From the IMG/VR virus record IMGVR_UViG_3300009506_000027, positions 1 through 62,689 of that record: a DNA stretch of 62,689 bases. One strand, written 5' to 3'. Below, in pieces: positions 8,791 to 16,419 of this stretch. The DNA is from a virus. Its lineage: Duplodnaviria > Caudoviricetes. The position numbers and the translations under genes were made by a program. Numbering within the stretch: position 1 is the first letter of the stretch; each line of letters opens with the position of its first letter. The notes under the pieces are model-generated. The model was not told the origin of the DNA, searched no databases, and saw only the letters and a list, made by a program, of their open reading frames with translations.

Positions 8791-8901
8791 AATCATGGGG
8801 GGACCAAATTTCGCCGCCGATTCGTGAAGAATTGGGTTTGGTGGAGTGTCCCCCGCCTCGCTCGCTGGATTCATCGCTCGACTTCACAGAGGGGGAATGA
8901 A

Positions 8902-9237
8902 ATGGCAGAGATCAGGGAAGCGGTTGTACCTGGGGGGACGTTGGATGCGGAGGCCCGCGTCTGGTCGGAAGCGGAGGTGTTGGACTTGGGCCTCCAGTTG
9001 ACCGCCGTGGTGATGACGTCGGTTTACGGCGGGACGATGGAGGAAGCCTGGAAGACCTACGAGGAGGAGAAAGACGGGAAGGCTCCTTGTGAGGAGTTCC
9101 GGGACTTCGCCCTGATGGGGATTCACCTGGCCGAGCTTTTGACGTTGAAGGTCGGCCTGAGGGACGTCCTGGGGCTGGATGTGGATGCGATTCTGGCCCC
9201 ACACCAAAAGGAGGCTGAAAATGGGGAAGATGAGTAA
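8902..9237 (+). CDS. Hypothetical protein
   Basis: ATG 8902 after GAGGGGG. Confidence 0.7.
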   Translation: MAEIREAVVPGGTLDAEARVWSEAEVLDLGLQLTAVVMTSVYGGTMEEAWKTYEEEKDGKAPCEEFRDFALMGIHLAELLTLKVGLRDVLGLDVDAILAPHQKEAENGEDE

Positions 9238-9610
9238 AGATTGGATGGTCGCCTGGGCCGTCTGGTGGCTGGTGTTCCTGGCTGACCTGTTTTTCTGGCA
9301 CCACGTCTGGTTCACCCGAGGCATCCTGATTGCCTTCCTGGTGCTGGAGGTTTGGGGGGCGGCGTTCAGGAAGCGGGGCGGCGATACCCTGAGCGAGTTC
9401 CAGCAGTGGATTTCGGCCCACGCCGGGGAGGACGCGAGGTGGTGGCAGTCGTGGAACGCACTCGTGACCGGCCTCGCCCTACTGGTGTCAGTGCAGGCCG
9501 GGTACGTAGTCATGGATCTCTGGGGCCGTTGGGACCTGTCGGTCATCGCCATCCTGACTGTGTTCCTGTGGAATCTTTTCCACTGGACGGAAAGCGAAAG
9601 GTACGGTTAG
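9221..9610 (+). CDS. Multi-pass membrane protein
   Basis: About four Trp-rich hydrophobic segments; AGGAGG RBS. Confidence 0.7.
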   Translation: MGKMSKDWMVAWAVWWLVFLADLFFWHHVWFTRGILIAFLVLEVWGAAFRKRGGDTLSEFQQWISAHAGEDARWWQSWNALVTGLALLVSVQAGYVVMDLWGRWDLSVIAILTVFLWNLFHWTESERYG

Positions 9611-9957
9611 TGAGGCCCTGGATCGGAGTTGACCTCGACGGAACGCTGGCCGTCTACGACAAGTGGGAGGGGCCGACCATCATCGGCCCCCCTGTCCCCA
9701 GGATGGTGGAGCGGGTGTTGGCGTGGCGGGAGGAGGGGTGGCAGGTGAAGATTTTCACTGCCCGTGTGGCTGACGCGAAGGAGCGCCACGAGGCCCACCC
9801 CGCCATCGAAGCCTGGTGTAGGGAACACCTGGGGGAAGTTCTGCCCATCACCTGCGAGAAGGACATGGGGATGGTGGAGCTTTGGGACGACCGCTGCGTG
9901 CAGGTGCGGAAGAACACTGGCGAACCCATAGGGAGGAGCACTCGTGGCCTTAGTTGA
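9610..9957 (+). CDS. HAD-superfamily phosphatase (PNKP phosphatase-like)
   Basis: IGVDLDGTLA (DxDGT), IFTAR and LWDDR motifs; GTG overlaps the upstream TAG. Confidence 0.85.
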   Translation: MRPWIGVDLDGTLAVYDKWEGPTIIGPPVPRMVERVLAWREEGWQVKIFTARVADAKERHEAHPAIEAWCREHLGEVLPITCEKDMGMVELWDDRCVQVRKNTGEPIGRSTRGLS

Positions 9958-10318
9958 TGAGCAGTGGGGTGAAAGACTCCTAGACGTAGCTAGGGATATT
10001 ATGAAGGTCGTTGTATCCACGAGCAAGAATGTGGACGCCCTGGCGGCGCGGGTCAGTAATCTGGAGGAGCGGACCCTGCCGCCAGCCGACCGCTGGGGGG
10101 ACGAAGACGAGAAGGAGGCGTCCGGTGTCCTCGTCCCCATCGAGGAACTAACCGAAGCGTTGGCCGTCCTCGACCGAGCCCGTGCCTGTATCATCGCCAC
10201 GGCTGAGATCCCGATGCGCCTGGAGACAGTGCGCTTCCCCAAGACACTGAAGGCGATTGATCGCCTCTTTCATAAGGTGGGGTACGATGGAGCGGGTGCG
10301 CATCAAGAAGTGGGGTAA
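9944..10318 (+). CDS. Hypothetical protein
   Basis: GGAGGAG RBS; coiled-coil-like segment. Confidence 0.7.
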   Translation: MALVDEQWGERLLDVARDIMKVVVSTSKNVDALAARVSNLEERTLPPADRWGDEDEKEASGVLVPIEELTEALAVLDRARACIIATAEIPMRLETVRFPKTLKAIDRLFHKVGYDGAGAHQEVG

Positions 10319-10481
10319 AGACCACTACGAGGATCCACAGAAGCCGGGGTTCACGCTCTGTGGGTTTATGGTCCCATGGAAGCGCCGGGAGCCGCAGTAC
10401 AAAAAGCTCTGCGTGGAGTGCCGCAAGGTCTACCAGATGCGTTTCGAGGACCTGGTGAAGGAAATGCAGCATACCCCTTGA
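10287..10481 (+). CDS. Small putative Zn-binding protein
   Basis: H...TLCG...CVEC pattern; ATG 10287. Confidence 0.6.
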   Translation: MERVRIKKWGKDHYEDPQKPGFTLCGFMVPWKRREPQYKKLCVECRKVYQMRFEDLVKEMQHTP

Positions 10482-10505
10482 CACCACATTACAGGACGTT
10501 ATCTT
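10478..10505 (+). promoter_or_regulatory. Sigma70-type promoter of the large ncRNA
   Basis: TTGACA-16 bp-TATCTT directly upstream of the structured region. Confidence 0.65.
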
Positions 10506-10509
10506 CCAG

Positions 10510-11360
10510 GTCGCTGATTGAAAACTGGAATACAGGCCGCATGGGGTCTGTGAGGATATGCCGGGGCGACCCGGCGAAAGGGGATCGGTTTCCTGCGACC
10601 CCCCGCCTACGGGTCCAGCCATGTAAGCTCGCGCTGGTTGGCGTGGACACTTCCACGACTGACGCTTCCGCGAACCGGGAGATAAGCCCGAAGGAGGACC
10701 ACCCCGAGCAGTGGGCAACGCTGGCTGCGAAGGGTGGGGGAACGAGGGCCGACAGTGAACGAGTAGCGTGAGAGTTTGAGTCCCGATCAAGGACGAAGGC
10801 GATTACGAAGAACCGCACGGGCAAGGGTTGGGACACCCGATGGTCGTGTGGCCCGAGGAGTAGCGGCGACGTGAAACTCAGAGGGAGAGTGGCATTGACT
10901 GACTCAAAAGGTCAGGCACCCACCGGACGGGCTCTTTCTCGCAGGTTAACCAAGTGTGATTAGCTCAGTGGTAAGAGCAAAGCGGCGATAACGCTTAGGT
11001 CGCGGGTTCGACCCCCGCATCATACACCAAAAACGGAAAGACCCGTCCGGCACTGGAGACAAAAGTGGCTTAATCCCACGCCCTCCGGGGAACGTGGGGT
11101 GGGACAGACTCCCAAGGTCAGTCCTACTTGGTCGGAAGACGGAGGTAGCTCCTTAGCGGGAGCCCGCAGGCCGCAAGCCTGGCCCGAGTGTGAAGACCGA
11201 GTACATCCGGTGCGACAAGCCTAACGCCTGGCTTTCAAAACGGCAGTCATGGCCCATACCAGCCTCGCTGGTGGACAACGCGGGAACCCTACGGGTGGAG
11301 CCGGGGGATAATCCGACAAAAGGGGGACCAGAAAACGCCCATAGTCTCAGGGCGTTTTTT
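10510..11360 (+). ncRNA. GOLLD-like giant structured RNA with an embedded tRNA
   Basis: ~850 nt with no credible ORF; dense hairpins with GCGA and UACG tetraloops; 5' GTCGCTG pairs with CGGCGAC (10864-10870); GOLLD-like words GAGTAGC, GCTTAATCCC and TCAAAA; terminal hairpin AAAACGCCC-ATAGTCTCA-GGGCGTTTT. Confidence 0.75.
10954..11029 (+). tRNA. tRNA-Ile(GAT) with atypical anticodon loop (G32, C33)
   Basis: Acceptor GTGTGAT/ATCATAC, D stem GCTC/GAGC, anticodon stem AAGCG/CGCTT with loop GCGATAA, T arm GCGGG-TTCGACC-CCCGC, encoded ACCA; 76 nt. Confidence 0.85.
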
Positions 11361-11424
11361 CATATCTATACCTTGTGTTTCGGGCCGTCACTGGCTATTC
11401 TGTTCTGTGAAGGGAGGTAATATC

Positions 11425-11637
11425 GTGACAGCAATTCCACCGGAAGGCTACAAGAAGTATCCCTGGGCCCTCGGCCCGATGAAGCTGCCCTGCGACTTCT
11501 TTTTCGAGGGTGACGACGCGGACAGAGCGGCGAGTGCCGCCAGGGTATGGGCGTCACGTAACAAGCATCACGGGATCCGCGTGGCGACCAGGAAAGAGCC
11601 TGGCGGCGTGCGAATCTACTTCCAGCAGGAGAACTAG
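11425..11637 (+). CDS. Small basic protein, possibly DNA-binding
   Basis: GGAGGT RBS before GTG; YPW...GGVRIY pattern. Confidence 0.65.
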   Translation: MTAIPPEGYKKYPWALGPMKLPCDFFFEGDDADRAASAARVWASRNKHHGIRVATRKEPGGVRIYFQQEN

Positions 11638-11638
11638 C

Positions 11639-11860
11639 ATGGCGAGGCAGAAGCTCTTTGAGTACGCAGCCATCTTCCACCCAAGGGCCACCAAAGCCCA
11701 GAAGGACGCCGGGGAGGACCCGAAGTCCGAAATCATCATCTTCCCCGAGGTCGTTCTCGCCTACGACGAACGTGAAGTGGCGATGCGCGTCGCCAAGCAA
11801 CTCCCCGACTCCTACATGGACAAACTGTCTCAGGTCGAAATCATCATCCGGGGTTTTTAG
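11639..11860 (+). CDS. 73-aa phage protein ending on a slippery heptamer
   Basis: MARQKLFEYAAIFHP...QVEIIIRGF; G GGT TTT immediately before TAG. Confidence 0.75.
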   Translation: MARQKLFEYAAIFHPRATKAQKDAGEDPKSEIIIFPEVVLAYDEREVAMRVAKQLPDSYMDKLSQVEIIIRGF

Positions 11861-12087
11861 CCGGTCCTCCCCGCCAGGAGCAGCCCGAAAGCGAGGCTGC
11901 GGGGCAGGACGTCACGTTGGTTCCTGGGTGGCGGTCCGAACCCGTGTGGTGGGCCGAGCAGCCTGGATACAACACAAACGGATTCGTTGACAACGCCCAC
12001 ACAATCTCCGACAATGCTGGAGGCGTGCTTTACACCTACACAGCAACCGACGCCTCTTCGTATATGGCCTCAGAGGTGGTCCCGTAA
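11851..12087 (+). CDS. -1 frameshift extension of the 11639 gene (~76 aa)
   Basis: The -1 frame is open from the slippery site to TAA at 12085-12087, which overlaps the next ATG; GC-rich hairpin just downstream of the heptamer. Confidence 0.65.
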   Translation, partial: GFLAGPPRQEQPESEAAGQDVTLVPGWRSEPVWWAEQPGYNTNGFVDNAHTISDNAGGVLYTYTATDASSYMASEVVP

Positions 12088-12488
12088 TGGAACATCCCCG
12101 ACGACTGCCGATCCCCCACCGAGGGGGAATGTTGTCGGGGAAGAATTACACCAAGCCGACGTCGTGGTCTGCCGCGTTGCGGAGGGACTTGAAATACATC
12201 CTTGAATGGATGATGGCGCTACGGGTGGAGGGTGCCGACAGCCTTCTCAAGCTCGTGCCCAAGGTCGATAGCGCGATCGTCGGCTTCAGGGTTGGGAGCA
12301 AGGCACTAAGGATGATGGCCGGAATAGACTGCCGCTGCGACGCCCTCCCCCATAAGCCCTACTGCACGATCTGGAAACGCTTGAAATTTGGCGAACACTT
12401 CTGGTCAGAGTACGGGATGACGCCGAGCACGGATGAGCCGCCAGTCGGCTATGGTGAGGATGTGATCCAATTTCCGAAGGTGGTTTGA
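12087..12488 (+). CDS. Hypothetical protein
   Basis: ORF with CxC...HxxxC; GAGGTG RBS. Confidence 0.65.
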   Translation: MEHPRRLPIPHRGGMLSGKNYTKPTSWSAALRRDLKYILEWMMALRVEGADSLLKLVPKVDSAIVGFRVGSKALRMMAGIDCRCDALPHKPYCTIWKRLKFGEHFWSEYGMTPSTDEPPVGYGEDVIQFPKVV

Positions 12489-12489
12489 C

Positions 12490-12756
12490 ATGGAGAGCAA
12501 GGTCGCAGTGCGCGGGGTTCAGTTCGTCTGGTACGTTCTGCGGGTCCGCGAGTGGTGGTTCGGCTTCCATCGTTTGAACTGGAGTACCGACCTTCGCTAC
12601 ATTTACCGATGGTTCCTTGGACTAGGTCCGCTGACGATTCGGCGGTGGGAACCACGTCCTTTCGAGGAGTTGAAGAGTGAGCGCGACGCCTATCATCAAA
12701 AGTGGGGAGGACTCCCCGGACCCCCAGCCTCCCCGCCTTGGTCAAGAGTTGGCTAA
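12490..12756 (+). CDS. Hypothetical Trp-rich protein
   Basis: Coupled ORF. Confidence 0.5.
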   Translation: MESKVAVRGVQFVWYVLRVREWWFGFHRLNWSTDLRYIYRWFLGLGPLTIRRWEPRPFEELKSERDAYHQKWGGLPGPPASPPWSRVG

Positions 12757-12958
12757 GCAAGCGATTGAAATGTACCAAGACTTCCGTACCGAGGGGTTTA
12801 GCGGCAAGGAAGCCTTTGAGCTTCTGAAGATGTTCGTCGGCCCGCACTACGCTATGGTGGTGCAGGGCATCCACCGGGCCGGGGTGGCGAGGGAGGCGGC
12901 GGCTGCGGCCCGCAACAAAGGCCCTGACATTCTCATTCCGCGACCTCAGTTGAGGTAG
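12677..12958 (+). CDS. Hypothetical protein
   Basis: GAGGAG upstream; ends 2 nt before the next start. Confidence 0.6.
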   Translation: MSATPIIKSGEDSPDPQPPRLGQELAKQAIEMYQDFRTEGFSGKEAFELLKMFVGPHYAMVVQGIHRAGVAREAAAAARNKGPDILIPRPQLR

Positions 12959-12960
12959 GT

Positions 12961-13806
12961 ATGGCCGACCCCAAGGTCACGCCCACCGCCGCGATTGGTG
13001 CCGCTGGGCTGAGGAGCCCTGCGGAAACCAACGATCATCGTATCGAGGTCGGCCTAGCGCCAGTACCCCCAATGCTCGCCCCCGACCCCACGGGTGAGGA
13101 TGACATTTTCCTCGCCACCGGGGTCATGCCGTTTGAGTCACCCCTGGAGGACATTTACAACTACGTCGAGTCCAGGGCGATGCAGATGGGCTCGCACATT
13201 CGCCGCAGTCGCGGCCTCCCTCCCGGAGCCAAGGAAGAGAATATGCTCTCCGTGGAGGAGAAGGCTCTGGTGATCCTGGGGCGTGCTATCGGCGTGACCT
13301 GGCGGGGGATCAAGGCCAGGATCATTGAGGAGCGCATCAAGCGGGATGAGGTGCCACCCGACCGGGAGAGCGGGAGCTACCACGCCTCCGTGATCGTCCC
13401 CCACCGCCCCATCGTCGATGCCATCCACGCCGATATGCTGGACGCGCTGGAGGTGTTCTCGCCCCTGGTCGGTGGGTCGCAGCGCATCATCTGGCGGGCG
13501 AAGATGATTGAGTTCTACCGCCAGCGGATCTTCACCGTTGCGCGGTCACGCCTGAAGGCGAAGGAAAAGGAGGCTAGGATTATCGCCATGGACAAGGCGA
13601 TGGAGCGGCACATCCGGTTCTTCGATGGCCTGATGAAGGAGGAGGACATTGCCTCACTCCTCGCTTCCCCGTCCGAGCGGGTGGCCTCGCAGTCGAAGAC
13701 GAAAGCAGAGCAGGAGATCCAGAAGCTCTTTGATGAGGGTGAGATCACGGACCAGGAGCGGATTGACCAACTGAGGGAATTGAGACATGGCGACCTTCGA
13801 CGCTGA
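12961..13806 (+). CDS. Helical protein; candidate terminase small subunit
   Basis: Position upstream of terL and helical composition only. Confidence 0.4.
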   Translation: MADPKVTPTAAIGAAGLRSPAETNDHRIEVGLAPVPPMLAPDPTGEDDIFLATGVMPFESPLEDIYNYVESRAMQMGSHIRRSRGLPPGAKEENMLSVEEKALVILGRAIGVTWRGIKARIIEERIKRDEVPPDRESGSYHASVIVPHRPIVDAIHADMLDALEVFSPLVGGSQRIIWRAKMIEFYRQRIFTVARSRLKAKEKEARIIAMDKAMERHIRFFDGLMKEEDIASLLASPSERVASQSKTKAEQEIQKLFDEGEITDQERIDQLRELRHGDLRR

Positions 13807-14164
13807 CGCATCACCCAGGGAGCGCCTGGAGGCCCTCCTTCAGGTCCCCCCCATCGAACAAGTTCACGAGAACGTTCGGAGGATGTGGCACATGGGGGAG
13901 CGGTTCCCTGTCCCCAAGTTTATCCCATCTTGTCCGTGCTGCTCCTCCGTAGACGTGATCCTGCGCTACTTCAGGTTCTTCAAGCGCGGCGGGCACGCCA
14001 CCTATCCGTTCCGTTGTGACGTCCACATGAAATGTGCGACGTGCAGTGTGGTGTGGGCCTACGGGGTTGTGATCCCGGAGGAAATGTTCATCAGGAACCA
14101 GAAATACGGGATGGTTCACAGGAAGATCATCCTCCAAAGATTGGAGAGCAAAGAGGGTGTCTGA
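13787..14164 (+). CDS. Zn-ribbon protein
   Basis: CPCC...CATC; overlaps the terL start. Confidence 0.65.
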   Translation: MATFDADASPRERLEALLQVPPIEQVHENVRRMWHMGERFPVPKFIPSCPCCSSVDVILRYFRFFKRGGHATYPFRCDVHMKCATCSVVWAYGVVIPEEMFIRNQKYGMVHRKIILQRLESKEGV

Positions 14165-15875
14165 GCCCGTATCCTTTCACGAATGGCTTTTCGCCGTTTG
14201 CGATTGGAAGATTTCTTCTGGGATGATGCGGGGCAGGCCATTCACCTTCGACGCCTTCCCCTGCCAGATTGACATCTGCCGCGATCGGGCCAGGCGTCAG
14301 GTGGTGATGAAGTCAGCCCAGATGGCGGTGTCCGAACTCTTCACCCTCGCCCGTCCGTTCTGGGCTGTGGCAAACCTCGGCACAAACTGGGGGATCCTTT
14401 TCCCGACCCAACAGGCGATGCGGAACTTCTTCCGAACCCGCATCAAGGGTGCGCTCGCCACCAACCCCTACCTTCGCCGGATGACCACCGCAGAGAACGA
14501 GGGCAACGTCACGGCGTTCGGTCACGAAATCTACCTCCGGTATACGACAACCGAGACAGCTATCGCCACCTTCGATGCTGATGGGGTGACGGTTGATGAA
14601 CACGATATGCACAACCAGGAGTCTCTGTTTGGTGCAGAAACCTCCCGTACTCAGGGGGCCATGGGCGAGACTTACTGGTTTGAGGTGTCCACGCCGTCCT
14701 TCCCCGCGTTCGGGATCCACCGCTCATTCCTGGTATCCGACCAGAAGGTGTGGTTGATTAAGTGCCCGCACTGCGGCAGCGAGAACAACTTGACCGAAAA
14801 GCTGGGCCCATACGACATGGCCGATGCGACGGAGTTCTTCCTGGATTTCCTGGGGGAGGAGAACTTCGCGCACTGGAAGAGCTATTTCATCCCCTGCTCG
14901 AAATGCGGTAAGCCGCTGGACCCCGTTGCCCCATTTGATCCATCTAATCCCTCTTTCGGCGGGGGCAGGTGGGTGGCCACCTACCCCGATAGGGACCTTT
15001 CCGGGTACCACCTGCAAATCTTCCAGCGTCTCTATGAGGGCGGCACCCCAGCCGTGCTGCGAAGACTGCGCGAGAACCTGATTAAGGCCAGCGATCCCGT
15101 TCATGTTCGGCGGTGGTGGAACTACTCTCTCGGGATGCCCTACCTGTCGAGGGAGGGGAGGCTGACCGACAAGGACCTGGAAGCGGTCACGACGAACTAT
15201 TACGACGACCTGTGGGCTCAGGACTTCGTCTATCGGAACGTCTACAACATCCAGACCATGAAGGGGGACTGGATCGGCGTGGACGTTCGGACGGGCCAGT
15301 ATCACATCATCGAAATGAAGCGGATCAGCGATCACGAGAAACTGCTGGTCGGCGTGGGATGGGTGAAGGACACGACGGAGCTTCTGGAGTATTGGAGGCG
15401 GCGTGGGAAGCCCGTCCTGATTATCGACTCCATGCCCGACACCAACGAAACCAGGACCCTCGTTCGTGCCATCGGGCGGCGGGCACGGAGAGCGACGTTC
15501 TCTCGCAGCACCAGGATCCTCTGGCAACCGAGCGGGGACAAGGATCACATCATCGTGAACCGCCCCGTTTCGATGGAGGGCCTGAAGTCCATGATAGAGA
15601 GCCGGTCCCTGATCGTGCCGAGGCTGGCGTGGGAGGTGGGCGCTGGGATCGTCAAGGAGGTGGGGACGGCGCGTATAGAGGAGACTCTGAGGGCCCACTT
15701 CAAGGCCCCGGTGATGGTACGCTCTTATTCCAACGACCTGGCGAACGAGGTGTACGATTTCCCCAAGGATGCTATGGGCGGGATCGACCCCCACTTTTTC
15801 ATGGCGGGGTCGTTGGCTTATATTGGCTCCCAGGTTCAGGGCGCACCGGCTTTTGCACTAAGGATCCCGCGATAG
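14157..15875 (+). CDS. terL: Terminase large subunit, lambda GpA-type
   Basis: VVMKSAQ Walker A variant, VDE Walker B, STP motif, SDQ...CPHC...CSKC zinc finger, IGVDV nuclease motif. Confidence 0.9.
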   Translation: MSEPVSFHEWLFAVCDWKISSGMMRGRPFTFDAFPCQIDICRDRARRQVVMKSAQMAVSELFTLARPFWAVANLGTNWGILFPTQQAMRNFFRTRIKGALATNPYLRRMTTAENEGNVTAFGHEIYLRYTTTETAIATFDADGVTVDEHDMHNQESLFGAETSRTQGAMGETYWFEVSTPSFPAFGIHRSFLVSDQKVWLIKCPHCGSENNLTEKLGPYDMADATEFFLDFLGEENFAHWKSYFIPCSKCGKPLDPVAPFDPSNPSFGGGRWVATYPDRDLSGYHLQIFQRLYEGGTPAVLRRLRENLIKASDPVHVRRWWNYSLGMPYLSREGRLTDKDLEAVTTNYYDDLWAQDFVYRNVYNIQTMKGDWIGVDVRTGQYHIIEMKRISDHEKLLVGVGWVKDTTELLEYWRRRGKPVLIIDSMPDTNETRTLVRAIGRRARRATFSRSTRILWQPSGDKDHIIVNRPVSMEGLKSMIESRSLIVPRLAWEVGAGIVKEVGTARIEETLRAHFKAPVMVRSYSNDLANEVYDFPKDAMGGIDPHFFMAGSLAYIGSQVQGAPAFALRIPR

Positions 15876-15923
15876 GGAGGAGGACGGCCATGACAGATTA
15901 GCACACTCCACTAGGAGGCTGTC

Positions 15924-16076
15924 ATGGCAGAGAAAGGGTCCAATACCCGAGAGCGGGGGAAGAGGGCTGGCCGCAGCGCGAAGCCCACCCCCTGCCATCG
16001 TCTTCGCTGGCCGCAGGCATTGAAGGAACGCCTGGAGCGGGCGGGGATCAACACTTCACCGAGGAAGTGTTCGTGA
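15924..16076 (+). CDS. Small basic protein (50 aa)
   Basis: AGGAGG RBS; manual translation MAEKGSNTRERGKR... Confidence 0.45.
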   Translation: MAEKGSNTRERGKRAGRSAKPTPCHRLRWPQALKERLERAGINTSPRKCS

Positions 16077-16312
16077 GGTACCAAGTCACAACGGTTCGGC
16101 TGGACGCGACGAAAAACAAGATGCACGGGAACAACATCCAGGGCATCGCCAGCGTATCCAGCCTGCTCGCCCACGGGTGGGAGTTCGCCGGAACCCTGCG
16201 CGTGGGCGACGACGTTGTGGTGTTCCTACGCCACCGACGTTGGCACTGGCGTTTCTGGAAGAAGGAAGAAACCCCACCTGGAAAGAAAGCCTTTGCAGTC
16301 TACCGCCACTAA
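16067..16312 (+). CDS. Hypothetical protein
   Basis: ORF with GWEFAG motif. Confidence 0.55.
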   Translation: MFVRYQVTTVRLDATKNKMHGNNIQGIASVSSLLAHGWEFAGTLRVGDDVVVFLRHRRWHWRFWKKEETPPGKKAFAVYRH

Positions 16313-16419
16313 TTCCCTGTCACTGAAAAAGGACACTTTCTCTTGCAGTGCGCAGGTTGAATAATTAGAGTGTGGAGTGCGGTAGTGGCGAACTGGCTAG
16401 GAGACATTGTGAGTCAAGC

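Noticed and set aside
10954-11029. tRNA as an attP or prophage boundary
   Set aside because: It is complete, internal and has no duplicate 3' fragment; there are no host genes in the window.
10376-11420. ORFs 10376..10771, 10489..10836 and 11190..11420
   Set aside because: They overlap a promoter and structured RNA, have weak starts and unnatural composition.
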